A stretch of DNA of 32,000 bases from Methylorubrum extorquens (GCA_900234795.1 LT962688.1:1680001-1712000); one strand, 5' to 3'; positions 9,805-18,508 are shown, counted from the first letter of the stretch. Notes: a model not told the origin generated them from the sequence alone. Made by a program: numbers and translations.

Positions 9805-10657
9805 TCAAGCCACACCGTGCGGACGAGCCCGGGCGGCGAGGGCCTGCGTCACGCGGTCGAGGATGACCGCCACGATCACGATGCCGATGCCCGCTTCGAA
9901 GCCGGCGCCCGCCTCGAGCCGCTGGATCGACTGCCAGACCGCGCGGCCCAATCCGCCGGCACCGATCATCGCCGCAATGACCACCATGGAGAGGGCGAGC
10001 ATCATGGTCTGGTTGACGCCGGCCATGATGGTCGGCAGCGCAAGCGGCAACTGCACCTTGAACAGCTTCTGGGTCGCCGAGCTGCCGAAGGCGTCGGAGG
10101 CCTCGACGAGTTCGCTCGGCACGTTGCGGATGCCGAGCGCCGTCAGCCGGATCACCGGGGGCACTGAGAAGACAATCGTCGCAAAGCAGGCCGAGACGGC
10201 GCCGAGCCCGAAGAAGGGGGAGCGCCGGGATCAGGTAGACGAAGCTCGGCAGCGTCTGCATCATGTCGAGGATCGGCGAGAAGGTCCGCCAAGCCCGTCG
10301 GCTGAGCGCGAACCAGATCCCGACGGGAACGCCGATCACGAGTGCCGCAGCGGTGGCGATGGTGACGAGGACCAGGGTCTCGACCGTCGCCTGCCAGAGC
10401 CGCAGGTTCCACAGGAACAGCAGGCCGACGAGCGTCAGGAGCCCGATCTTGCGACCGCCAGCCCGGTACGCCGCGAAGGCCGCGACCGCGATGCAGAGCC
10501 ACGGCGGGATCGCGACGAGGGCGGTGGTCAGCGTTTCGATCCAGTCGGAGACGGTGCGGCTGACGGCTCGGGTCAGCCAACTGCCATGCTCGGTGAGCCA
10601 GTCGAGGCCGTTGTCACTGAGCGTGTCGAGGGGGAATTTGGGGACGTTCCACTCCAT
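9805..10657 (-). pseudogene. proW: glycine betaine ABC transporter permease, interrupted by a +1-nt frameshift in a G5/C5 run (plus 10216-10220)
   Basis: The N-terminal half (MEWNVPKFPLDTLSDNGLDWL...[15 protein letters not shown]) is in the frame of track ORF 9758..10972. The C-terminal half (..[27 protein letters not shown]..) is in the frame of ORF 9805..10164. Removing one C from GCGCTCCCCCTTCTTCGGG restores ..[31 protein letters not shown].., a canonical permease core. 853 nt = 284 codons + 1. Confidence 0.8.
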
Positions 10658-11901
10658 GTCGGGGCTCCTGACGGCTTTGAGAGGATCGGGGCACCGGCAT
10701 GCGGCTGCGCGTGCGTGCCGGGCCGCGCGGCGAGTGCCTGCACGACGTCGCGGCTGGTGATGGAGCCGATCAGGCGTCCGTTCCGGCCCACGACCGCAAC
10801 GGATTCCTCGGCGGCGACCGTCGCGAGGATGGTGTCCAGCCGGCTGTCCGCCTCGACGACGGATTGTCCGAGATCGAGCAGGCTGGAGAGGGTCTCGGCC
10901 GGCCGGGCGGAGGCGAGCCTCTCGGCGAAGATGCGGCCGACCAGCCGTCCGTCCCCGTCGGCGACGAGCCACGCCCGGCCGCTCGTGCGGTTACCTGCCC
11001 CGCCGAGCGCAGTCCGCGCCTCGGCCACCGTCTGCGTGGGGGCGAGCACGGGGGCGGAGCGATCCGCGACCTGCTCCGCCCGCAGCACGGCGGCGAGATC
11101 GATATGCTCGACGAAGCGCTCGACATAGTCGGTCGCGGGACGGGCCACGATGTCCTCGGGCTGCCCGATCTGCACCACCTCGCCGTCCTTCATCAGGACG
11201 ATGCGGCCGCCGAGTGCGATGGCCTCGTCGAGATCGTGCGAGACGAAGACGATGGTCTTCTTGAGCTTGCGTTGGAGGTCGCGCAGCTCCGCCTGCATGT
11301 CGCGGCGGATCAGCGGGTCGAGGGCGCTGAAGGCCTCGTCCATCAGTAGGATGTCGGCATCGGCGGCGAGCGCCCGCGCGAGGCCCGCCCGCTGCTGCAT
11401 GCCGCCCGACAATTCATTGGGATACTTCGTCTCCCAGCCCTTGAGGCCGACGAGTTCGATGGCCTGCATCGACCGCTCGATCCGCTCCTTGGCCGGGACC
11501 CGCTTGATCTCGAGGCCGAACCCGACATTCCCGAGGATGGTCCGGTTGGGCAGCAGCGCGAAGTGCTGGAAGACCATGCCGAAGGTCTTCTGACGGAAGG
11601 CGAGCAGGTCCTTGCGGCCGAGCCGGGTCACGTCCACCCCGTCCACGACGATCCGGCCGCAGGACGGCTCGACCAGACGGTTCATGCAGCGCAGGAGCGT
11701 CGACTTCCCGGAGCCGGACAGGCCCATCAGGACGAGGATTTCGCCCTCTTCGATGTCGAACGAGATGTCGCGCAATCCGACGACCGCACCGCAGGCGGCG
11801 GCGATGTCGCCCTTGCGCTTCCCCTGGCCGATCAGATCGAGCGCCTTGGAGGGGTTCGAGCCGAATATCTTGCTGATACCTTCAAGATTGATCCGGCCCA
11901 T
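10573..11901 (-). CDS. proV: glycine betaine/proline ABC transporter ATP-binding protein with C-terminal CBS pair
   Basis: 442 aa with Walker A (GLSGSGKST), ABC signature (LSGGMQQRAGLARAL) and Walker B (ILLMDEAFSALD). The low-complexity C-terminal tail overlaps the proW start by 85 nt, and no earlier stop exists in any frame. Confidence 0.9.
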   Translation of the reverse strand: MGRINLEGISKIFGSNPSKALDLIGQGKRKGDIAAACGAVVGLRDISFDIEEGEILVLMGLSGSGKSTLLRCMNRLVEPSCGRIVVDGVDVTRLGRKDLLAFRQKTFGMVFQHFALLPNRTILGNVGFGLEIKRVPAKERIERSMQAIELVGLKGWETKYPNELSGGMQQRAGLARALAADADILLMDEAFSALDPLIRRDMQAELRDLQRKLKKTIVFVSHDLDEAIALGGRIVLMKDGEVVQIGQPEDIVARPATDYVERFVEHIDLAAVLRAEQVADRSAPVLAPTQTVAEARTALGGAGNRTSGRAWLVADGDGRLVGRIFAERLASARPAETLSSLLDLGQSVVEADSRLDTILATVAAEESVAVVGRNGRLIGSITSRDVVQALAARPGTHAQPHAGAPILSKPSGAPTWSGTSPNSPSTRSVTTASTGSPSMAVG

Positions 11902-12371
11902 GGGGTGACACCTTTCGATATAGATCGATATTGTTCGCGGCAGAATTTTCTGACAAGCTTATATTGGACGATGTAAGAGTATTTCCGGCCCTTCGAGGGG
12001 GCTTGTCGTATTGCGACGCTTTATTGGCAGCGACCGACGTTCCGGAATTTTAACGCCTCAGCACCGGATCTATGTTGGTCCGTGCCGTGTTTCTGAGCAA
12101 GCGTGTTCAATAAAGTTGCAAGATATGTGCGGGCCTTGTGCAGAAGGCCCGTGGTTCCCGGCCGGCCGATGCGCGTCTCCGCCGGTACCGCGCGGCATGC
12201 GGGTCGGTGCCGCCGTCCGGCACTCCGCCGAACGCCCGTGCCGGTTGCGTCCGCGGATCGGGAGCCGAACACCACTCCGCCCACTTGCGCCGAATGCGAA
12301 TCCAGGCTGCAGAGCGCTTAAAACGTGGGCATGAAAGGTAAAAACTTGCGCAGCCCAAAAATGGTCTTCGC

Positions 12372-12400
12372 TTGACCAAGAAAATCGCCGGTCCTAAAAA
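12372..12400 (+). promoter_or_regulatory. sigma70-like promoter candidate for the guanidine operon leader
   Basis: TTGACC (12372-12377), a 17-nt spacer, then TAAAAA (12395-12400), about 15 nt upstream of the riboswitch aptamer. This is a motif match only. Confidence 0.3.
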
Positions 12401-12413
12401 CATCATCGAGTTG

Positions 12414-12516
12414 ATCGCTAGGGTTCCAGCATCTCTTTGATGTGTTCGGTCCGAGAGCGGTTGCCGCGGCGGGAGACATCCGCCCGGATGCACGGCGGGA
12501 TAAAAGCCCGGGAGAC
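12414..12516 (+). promoter_or_regulatory. guanidine-I riboswitch aptamer (ykkC-yxkD leader, subtype 1)
   Basis: Reads GCUAGGGUUCCAGC..UUCGGUCCGAGAGCGG..GCACGGCGGGAUAAAAGCCCGGGAGACC. The blocks CUAGGGUUCC, GGUCCGAGAG and ACGG-CGGGA-AAAAGCCCG-GGAGA match the remembered invariant cores of the ykkC consensus in order and spacing. It is oriented toward the ABC importer and carboxylase genes. Confidence 0.85.
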
Positions 12517-12526
12517 CTCACTAGCC

Positions 12527-12569
12527 AGAGATTGGCAAGGTTAGGTCTTGTACAATCTCTTTCTCTGTT
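12527..12569 (+). terminator. possible expression-platform hairpin with U-rich tail downstream of the guanidine-I aptamer
   Basis: AGAGATTG(12527-12534)/CAATCTCT(12553-12560), with an inner CAAG/CTTG pair, followed by TTCTCTGTT. The switching logic with the aptamer could not be resolved by eye. Confidence 0.35.
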
Positions 12570-12581
12570 GAGAGGGAACGT

Positions 12582-12743
12582 ATGCCCGGCATCAGCCCCC
12601 AGATCGTTTCTCTGACATCAGCTCCCGATCGTCGCCCCGGCGGATCGCACGCCTTGCGCCGCCCGAGGACGGCGCGGGCCGAGATCGCGCGCCTTCGCGG
12701 CCGCTTCGGGGGCAGCACGCGCCTCGTCCCGGTCCGGACGTAA
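12582..12743 (+). CDS. hypothetical 53-codon Arg-rich leader ORF (speculative)
   Basis: ATG at 12582 is preceded by GAGGGA (12572-12577). Product: MPGISPQIVSLTSAPDRRPGGSHALRRPRTARAEIARLRGRFGGSTRLVPVRT. GC3 is about 83%. It is below the track's length cutoff and I recognise no homology. Confidence 0.2.
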   Translation: MPGISPQIVSLTSAPDRRPGGSHALRRPRTARAEIARLRGRFGGSTRLVPVRT

Positions 12744-12784
12744 CGTCCGCGGGCCCGAGCGCCTCACCCCCTTCCAACCTCAGT

Positions 12785-12827
12785 GCCGGCATCCGACGGA
12801 CGGGCTTCTCAGCCCGTCGATGCCGGC
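12785..12827 (+). other. strong bulged hairpin in the operon leader
   Basis: GCCGGCATC-(cgacg bulge)-GACGGGCT-tctc-AGCCCGTCGATGCCGGC, i.e. 17 bp with a 5-nt bulge. It has no U-tract and lies 78 nt before the substrate-binding-protein (SBP) start. Confidence 0.4.
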
Positions 12828-12904
12828 CTGCGCGCAAAATCCGCGGTCGACCCACGGCAAGGGTCGGCCATCCGGTTCCGGCGACGATCCCGAGGAGACG
12901 AGAC

Positions 12905-13915
12905 ATGCGCATCCCGACCCTGATCACCGGCGGCCTCACGCGCCTCCGCCGAAGCCTGTCCGCGCTGACCCTCGCTGCCGGCCTCCTCGCCGCGCCGATG
13001 GCGCAGGCCGCCGAGCCGCTGCGCATCGGCTACAGCGACTGGCCGGGCTGGGTGGCGTGGCAGGTCGCCATCGAGAAGGGCTGGCTCAAGGAGGCCGGCA
13101 TCGACGCCAAGTTCGAGTGGTTCGACTACTCCGCCTCGATGGATGCGTTCTCGGCAGGCAAGCTCGACGCGGTGACCTGCACCAATGGCGACGCCCTCGT
13201 CATGAGCGGCAACGGCGCCCGGAACGTCATGATCCTGCTCACCGACTACTCGAACGGCAACGACATCATCGTCGGCAAGCCGGGGGTGAAGTCGCTGGCC
13301 GACCTCAAGGGCAAGAAGGTCGGGCTCGAAGTCGGCCTCGTCGAGCACCTGCTCCTGATCGACGGCCTGCAGAAGGCCGGGATCAAGGAGAGCGACGTGA
13401 CGCTGGTCAACGCCAAGACCAACGAGACGCCGCAGATCCTCGCCTCCGGCGACGTCGCGGCCATCGGCGCGTGGCAGCCGATCGCCGGCCAGGCGATGCG
13501 CGGCGCGGCGGGTGCCCGTCCGCTCTACAGCTCCGCCGACCGGCCGGGCCTGATCTACGACGTGGTCACGGTGACGCCCGCGAGCCTCGCCGCGCGCCGT
13601 GCCGACTGGATCAAGCTCGTCGGCCTGTGGGACCGGGTCGTCGGCTACATCACGGACCCGAAGACGCAAGGCGACGCGGTCGCCATCATGGCGGCCAAGG
13701 TCGGGGTGGAGCCCGCCGTCTTCACCCGCTTCCTCAAGGGCACCAAGCTGCTGACGCTGGCCGAGGGCCGCGCGGTGATGAAGGATGCCGACGGGTTCGG
13801 CTCGCTCTACGGTTCGAGCCGGCACGCCGATGCCTTCAACGTCAAGTTCGAGGTCTACAAGACCCCGCAGGACGTAAAGGCCGCCATCGACCCCGCCCTC
13901 ACCGACGGCAAGTGA
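12905..13915 (+). CDS. ABC transporter periplasmic substrate-binding protein, NitT/TauT (NMT1-like) family, urea-carboxylase-region type; likely guanidine uptake
   Basis: 336 aa with RBS GAGGAGA 7 nt upstream and a signal peptide (..RLRRSLSALTLAAGLLAAPMAQA). The mature part (..LRIGYSDWPGWVAWQVAIEKGWLKEAGIDAKF..) is typical of this family. It is the first large gene after the guanidine-I riboswitch. Confidence 0.88.
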   Translation: MRIPTLITGGLTRLRRSLSALTLAAGLLAAPMAQAAEPLRIGYSDWPGWVAWQVAIEKGWLKEAGIDAKFEWFDYSASMDAFSAGKLDAVTCTNGDALVMSGNGARNVMILLTDYSNGNDIIVGKPGVKSLADLKGKKVGLEVGLVEHLLLIDGLQKAGIKESDVTLVNAKTNETPQILASGDVAAIGAWQPIAGQAMRGAAGARPLYSSADRPGLIYDVVTVTPASLAARRADWIKLVGLWDRVVGYITDPKTQGDAVAIMAAKVGVEPAVFTRFLKGTKLLTLAEGRAVMKDADGFGSLYGSSRHADAFNVKFEVYKTPQDVKAAIDPALTDGK

Positions 13916-13925
13916 GGGCTTGAGG

Positions 13926-14993
13926 ATGCGCGCGCCGCTGCCTCAGCCCCCTCCCGAGAGGGACGCCGTTCCGGCGGTCGCGGTCGCGGTCGCCCCGCTC
14001 CCGCCGGTGGCGGACGCCGCCCCGGTCGCCGGGCGGGTGCGGCTCTCCTGGGTCGGCGCGCCGCGCCCGCTGACCCGGCGTCGGCGCGTGGCGCTCACCC
14101 TGCTCTCCTTCCTGCTGCCGCTCGGGCTGTGGGCGGCGGTCTCCTACCTGCCCTTCCTCTGGCACCCGCTGGTCGAGGTCACGAATCCCGGCGACGTCGC
14201 CTGGATGGAGCCCGGCATGCGGGTGCCGCGGGCGGCGTTTTCCGAGGAGGTCGCGGCGGCCCAGGGCGCGGGGACGGCTGTGCCCGAGGGACGCCCGGCC
14301 AACCCGGTCTACCTGCCCGCGCCGCACGAGGTCGCGGTGGCCTTCTGGACCTCGCTCACGGCGCCGCCACCGCAGCGCGACACGATCTGGCTGCCCGCGA
14401 GCCTCTGGCACTCGATCCAGATCATTTTTTGGGGCTTCACGATCTCGTCGCTCGTCGGCGTGCCGCTCGGCATCCTGTGCGGGGCGCAACCGACGATCGC
14501 CCGGCTGACCGAGCCCGTGATCGAGTTCGTGCGCTACCTGCCCGCCCCCGCCTTCGGCGCGCTGATGGTCGCGATCCTGGGGATCTACGACGGGCCGAAG
14601 ATCGCCATCATCGTCATCGGCACCTTCTTCCAGCAGGTGCTCGTCATCGCCAACACCACGCGAAGGGTCGATCCGCTGCTGATCGAGGCCGCACTCACCA
14701 TGGGTTCGCGCAACCTGCGCCTGATCCGGCGGGTGATCGTGCCGGCGGTGCTGCCGCAGATCTACCGCGACCAGCGCATCCTGCTCGGCTGGGCCTGGAC
14801 CTACCTCATCGTCGCCGAGCTGATCGGCACCTCGTCCGGCATCACCTTCTTCATCACGCAGCAGGCCCGCTACCAGCATTTCGACAACGTCTACGCCGCG
14901 ATCCTGGTGATCGGCCTCGTCGGCATCGCTACCGACATCGCCCTGGCCCTGCTCGGCCGCCGCCTGTTCCCCTATGCGAGGGCCGAGGCATGA
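13926..14993 (+). CDS. ABC transporter permease (NitT/TauT family)
   Basis: It carries the permease EAA-type region (..[29 protein letters not shown]..). Start is at ATG 13926 (GAGGG 7 nt upstream) or TTG 13920. The stop overlaps the next start (ATGA at 14990-14993). Confidence 0.85.
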   Translation: MRAPLPQPPPERDAVPAVAVAVAPLPPVADAAPVAGRVRLSWVGAPRPLTRRRRVALTLLSFLLPLGLWAAVSYLPFLWHPLVEVTNPGDVAWMEPGMRVPRAAFSEEVAAAQGAGTAVPEGRPANPVYLPAPHEVAVAFWTSLTAPPPQRDTIWLPASLWHSIQIIFWGFTISSLVGVPLGILCGAQPTIARLTEPVIEFVRYLPAPAFGALMVAILGIYDGPKIAIIVIGTFFQQVLVIANTTRRVDPLLIEAALTMGSRNLRLIRRVIVPAVLPQIYRDQRILLGWAWTYLIVAELIGTSSGITFFITQQARYQHFDNVYAAILVIGLVGIATDIALALLGRRLFPYARAEA

Positions 14994-15940
14994 GAGACGG
15001 CATGAGCGCGTCCGCTCCCATCCCGCTGACGGCCGAGCCGTGTGATTACCGCACCCAGTGCGAGCCCGTCCGCGCCCGCTTCGACCGGCTGAAGGCCCGC
15101 GACGTCGCCCTGCGGGTCGAGGGCCTCGGCAAGGTGTTTCGCAACGCGGACGGCGCCGAGACCGTGGCGCTCCGTGGCATCGATCTCGTCACCCACCGCC
15201 GCGAGTTCCTCTGCGTCGTCGGACCCTCGGGCTGCGGCAAGTCCACCTTCGTGCGCATCCTGGCCGGGCTCGAGACCAAGAGTTCGGGCAGCGTCAGCGT
15301 CGGCGGCGTGCCGGTCTCCGGCCCCGGCGCCGACCGGGGCATGGTGTTCCAGGGTTACACCCTGTTTCCCTGGCTCACGGTCAAGCGCAACGTCGCCTTC
15401 GGCCTGGAGGAGAACGGCGAATCCCGGCATGTGGCCGAGCGCGAGGCGCTGCAATGGCTGGCGCTCATCGGGCTGGAGCGCTTCGCCGACGCCTATCCGC
15501 ACCAGCTCTCCGGCGGCATGAAGCAGCGCGTGGCCATCGCCCGCGCGCTCGCCATGCGCCCGCGTATCCTCTTGATGGACGAGCCGTTCTCGGCGCTCGA
15601 CACCCAGTCGCGGGCCAGGATGCAGGCCTACCTGATCGAGATCTGGCGCAAGATCGACATCACCATCGTCTTCATCACCCACGACCTCGACGAGGCTATT
15701 TACCTCGCCGACCGCATCCTCGTCCTGAAGGCCCATCCCGGCGAGGTCGAGGAGCTGATCGAGGTGCCGGTGCCGCGGCCGCGCCATCCGAGCCAGAGCC
15801 TGACGCCGGAATTCCGCGCCACCCGCGCCCGGCTCGATGCGCTGATCCACCCCGGCGAGGCGGAGGCCGACGGCCCGGCCGATCTCGGTGGCCTCGACAT
15901 GGTGACCCGGATGGCGAGCGTGGGGGACGAGGTCGAATGA
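14990..15940 (+). CDS. ABC transporter ATP-binding protein (NitT/TauT family)
   Basis: This is the C-terminal 316 aa of track ORF 14129..15940, starting [10 protein letters not shown]. It has Walker A (GPSGCGKST), signature ([15 protein letters not shown]) and Walker B ([12 protein letters not shown]). Confidence 0.9.
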   Translation: MRDGMSASAPIPLTAEPCDYRTQCEPVRARFDRLKARDVALRVEGLGKVFRNADGAETVALRGIDLVTHRREFLCVVGPSGCGKSTFVRILAGLETKSSGSVSVGGVPVSGPGADRGMVFQGYTLFPWLTVKRNVAFGLEENGESRHVAEREALQWLALIGLERFADAYPHQLSGGMKQRVAIARALAMRPRILLMDEPFSALDTQSRARMQAYLIEIWRKIDITIVFITHDLDEAIYLADRILVLKAHPGEVEELIEVPVPRPRHPSQSLTPEFRATRARLDALIHPGEAEADGPADLGGLDMVTRMASVGDEVE

Positions 15941-16737
15941 GCGCCCTCCCCACCCTCCCTTTGCTTTGGTCCGACCGCACCTGGGAGGAGATCCCCGGTG
16001 ACCTCGAAGCGGTCGCGGGGGCTGCGCTCCTGCCCATCGGCGCCACCGAGCAGCACGGGCCGCATCTCGGCTGCGGCATGGATTTCGTGCTGGCCGACCT
16101 CCTCTGCCGCGCGGTCTCGGCGCGCACCCGTGTGCCGATGCTGCCGGCCCTCCCCTACGGCTGCTCGCTCGGCCATTCCCGGCGCTGGCCCGGCACCATC
16201 GCCCTCGACCCTGTCGTGATGACCGAACTCGTCCGGCAGATCGGAAGCCAAGCCTACCATTCGGGCGTGCGCCGCCTGTTCCTCGTCAACGCCCACGTCA
16301 CCAACGCCGCCCCCTTACGCTGCGCGCTCGAACTGCTGCGGGCGACGCATGACGACCTGATGGTTGCGCTCGTCAACACCGCGACCGTCAGCGAGCGGGT
16401 ACGCACGGCCCATTTCATCGACGCCGAGGATTGGCACGCCAACCGGGCCGAGACCGCGCTGATGCAGGCGCAGGCCCCCGCCCTCGTGCGGGAAGACCGC
16501 ATCGTCGACGCCGATGACCCGGACCGTACCCAAAACCTCGTCTTCGCCCACCCGGTCAACCGCACCAGCCGCAACGGCGTCACCGGCTCCCCCTCGCAGT
16601 CGAATGCGGCGGAGGGCGCCGAACTGTTCGCCTGGATGGTCGAGGACCTGACCGCCCTCGTCCGCCGCGGGCTCACCGAGACCCCGCCCCTTCCCCATTC
16701 CTACGACGGCCCCGCCGTCCCCATGCCAGGAGCCTGA
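15937..16737 (+). CDS. creatininase-family metal-dependent amidohydrolase
   Basis: 266 aa starting [18 protein letters not shown]. The ATG overlaps the ATPase stop (ATGA at 15937-15940). Motifs ..[14 protein letters not shown].., ..FLVNAHVTN.. and ..[10 protein letters not shown].. match the creatininase (PF02633-type) fold as I remember it. Confidence 0.8.
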   Translation: MSALPTLPLLWSDRTWEEIPGDLEAVAGAALLPIGATEQHGPHLGCGMDFVLADLLCRAVSARTRVPMLPALPYGCSLGHSRRWPGTIALDPVVMTELVRQIGSQAYHSGVRRLFLVNAHVTNAAPLRCALELLRATHDDLMVALVNTATVSERVRTAHFIDAEDWHANRAETALMQAQAPALVREDRIVDADDPDRTQNLVFAHPVNRTSRNGVTGSPSQSNAAEGAELFAWMVEDLTALVRRGLTETPPLPHSYDGPAVPMPGA

Positions 16738-16738
16738 A

Positions 16739-18112
16739 ATGGGCCACGCGAACGACATCGATCCGCAGGTGCGCGCCGTGCAGGAGGATCTGCGCGCGAA
16801 GGGCGTGAAATACGTCATCGGCGCCTATGTCGACATCCACGGCGCGCAGAAGGCCAAGGTGGTGCCGATCGACCACCTGCCGCAGATGGCGGCGGGCTCC
16901 GAGCGCTATACCGGCTACGCCCTCGACGGCCTGGGCCAGGCGCCGAACGAGGACGAGCTCGCCTCGGTCCCGGATTTCTCGCAGGTCATCCAGCTCCCCT
17001 TGGAGAGCAAGCTCGCCTGGGCGCCGGCCGACCTCACCTTCCAGGGCAAGCCCTACCCGCTCTCGACCCGCGTCGCCCTCAAGAACGTCCTGGCTCAGGC
17101 CGAGGCGATGGGCTTCGGCTTCAATCTCGGCATCGAGTGCGAAATCTTCCTGCTGCGCCAAGCCGCCGACGGTTCGCTGCACACGCCGGTGGCGGACGAT
17201 AAGCTGGTGAAGCCCTGCTACGACGTGCGCGGCTTCATCGACAACTTCTCCTGGCTCGACAAGGTCGCGACCACGATCAACGATCTCGGCTGGGATCTGT
17301 ACTCGTTCGACCATGAGGATGCGAACGCGCAGTTCGAGTTCGACTTCCAGTACGCCGATGCGCTGACCATGTGCGATCGGCTGACCTTCTTCCGCATGAT
17401 GACCAAGCATTACGCGAAGGAGGAAGGGCTCATCGCCACGATGATGCCCAAGCCCTTTGCCGACCGCACCGGCAACGGTGCCCACTTCAACATGTCGCTC
17501 TCCGACCGCGAGACCGGCCGCAACCTGTTTGCCTGCGCGCCCGGCGAGGATCCCCGCGGCCTCGGCCTCACCGAGACCGGCTACCACTTCATCGGCGGCG
17601 TGCTGCGCCACGGCCGGGCGCTCTGCGCGGCCTTCGCGCCGACCGTGAACAGCTACAAGCGCCTCGTGCGCCAGGGCGCGATGGCGGGCTTCTCCTGGGC
17701 GCCGGTGTTCAACTCCTACGGCTCGAACAACCGCACCAATTCGGTGCGCGTGCCGGCCGGCGGCGGGCGCTGCGAGAGCCGCAACGCGGACGGCGCGGTC
17801 AATCCCTACCTCGCCGCCGCCCTGGTGCTCGCGGCCGGGCTGGAGGGCGTGCGCGAGCGGATCGACCCCGGCCAGCCCAATGAGGACAACCTCTACGCGC
17901 TGAGCGACGGCGAGCGCCGGGCGCGCGGCATCGCGTTCCTGCCCCAGACCCTGCAGGAGGCGGTCGATGCCTTCGCCGCCGATCCCCTGGTCGAGGCGAC
18001 GCTGGGCTCAGGCCTGCGCGAAGAGTTCATCCGGACCAAGCGCGAGGAGTGGAACGCCTACCATCTCACGGTGAGCCCGTGGGAAATCGAGCGCTACAGC
18101 CACCTGTTCTAG
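16739..18112 (+). CDS. glutamine synthetase family (GlnT/type III-like, gamma-glutamyl-amine ligase-like) protein
   Basis: 457 aa, starting 1 nt after the creatininase stop. GS catalytic-domain motifs are present: ..GIECEIFLL.., ..NGAHFNMSL.., ..[28 protein letters not shown]... Confidence 0.85.
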   Translation: MGHANDIDPQVRAVQEDLRAKGVKYVIGAYVDIHGAQKAKVVPIDHLPQMAAGSERYTGYALDGLGQAPNEDELASVPDFSQVIQLPLESKLAWAPADLTFQGKPYPLSTRVALKNVLAQAEAMGFGFNLGIECEIFLLRQAADGSLHTPVADDKLVKPCYDVRGFIDNFSWLDKVATTINDLGWDLYSFDHEDANAQFEFDFQYADALTMCDRLTFFRMMTKHYAKEEGLIATMMPKPFADRTGNGAHFNMSLSDRETGRNLFACAPGEDPRGLGLTETGYHFIGGVLRHGRALCAAFAPTVNSYKRLVRQGAMAGFSWAPVFNSYGSNNRTNSVRVPAGGGRCESRNADGAVNPYLAAALVLAAGLEGVRERIDPGQPNEDNLYALSDGERRARGIAFLPQTLQEAVDAFAADPLVEATLGSGLREEFIRTKREEWNAYHLTVSPWEIERYSHLF

Positions 18113-18124
18113 GCGGAGGCTCCC

Positions 18125-18496
18125 ATGAAGACCGTCATCGCCTTCGCGAACAGCACCGCCGAGCCCTCGACCTACCGGCCGGCGCCCGAGCGCATCCTGG
18201 CCGGAGACCCGGTCCAGACCGCGACGCTTCACTTCACCAGCGCCGACGGACGGTTCTCCGCCGGCACTTGGGCGGCGGAGCGCGGGACGTGGCGGGTCGT
18301 CTTCACCGAGAGCGAGTTCTGCCACCTGCTCGAAGGGGTGATCGTCGTCACCGACGAGGCCGGGACGCAGACCACCTTCCGGGCCGGCGACGCCTTCGTC
18401 TCGCCGGCCGGCTTCACCGGCACCTGGGAGATCGTCGAGCCCGCCCGCAAGCTCTTCGCCTTCTACGAGGTGCCATCCGCGCCCGACCACCCGTGA
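18125..18496 (+). CDS. cupin domain protein (DUF861/cupin_3-like)
   Basis: 123 aa with RBS GGAGG upstream. ..GTWRVVFTESEFCHLLEGVIVVTDEAGTQTTFRAGDAFVSPAGFTGTWEIVEPARK.. is a single-barrel cupin pattern. Confidence 0.7.
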   Translation: MKTVIAFANSTAEPSTYRPAPERILAGDPVQTATLHFTSADGRFSAGTWAAERGTWRVVFTESEFCHLLEGVIVVTDEAGTQTTFRAGDAFVSPAGFTGTWEIVEPARKLFAFYEVPSAPDHP

Positions 18497-18508
18497 CCCT
18501 TCCATCCT

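Noticed and set aside
10573-10657. 85-nt overlap of the proV 3' end with the proW start; I considered a second frameshift.
   Set aside because: No stop codon occurs in any of the three minus-strand frames near the expected proV end, so a natural low-complexity C-terminal tail with overlap is the simpler reading. It cannot be settled without homologue alignment.
9758-10972. 404-aa minus-strand ORF spanning the proV/proW junction.
   Set aside because: It is a chimera. Only residues MEWNVPKF...LIPAL are genuine proW sequence. Upstream it is an out-of-frame reading of proV, and downstream it is out-of-frame proW after the homopolymer frameshift.
12011-12493. ORFs 12011..12334(+), 12021..12284(-), 12107..12493(-) and 12138..12341(+), plus the small hairpin CGGGCCTT-gtgcag-AAGGCCCG (about 12130-12151), in the proV / riboswitch divergent region.
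   Set aside because: None has an SD or recognisable motif, they are mutually overlapping, and one runs through the riboswitch aptamer. The hairpin lacks a U-tract and has no context. The region is treated as regulatory/non-coding, though a small RNA cannot be excluded.
12744-12904. Search for additional ACGR-tetraloop (guanidine-II-like) hairpins upstream of the SBP gene and upstream of atzF (23709-24012).
   Set aside because: ACGG/ACGA tetranucleotides occur (e.g. GACGGACGGGC, CCGGACGGCGG), but their flanks are not complementary, so no G-ACGR-C capped stems form.
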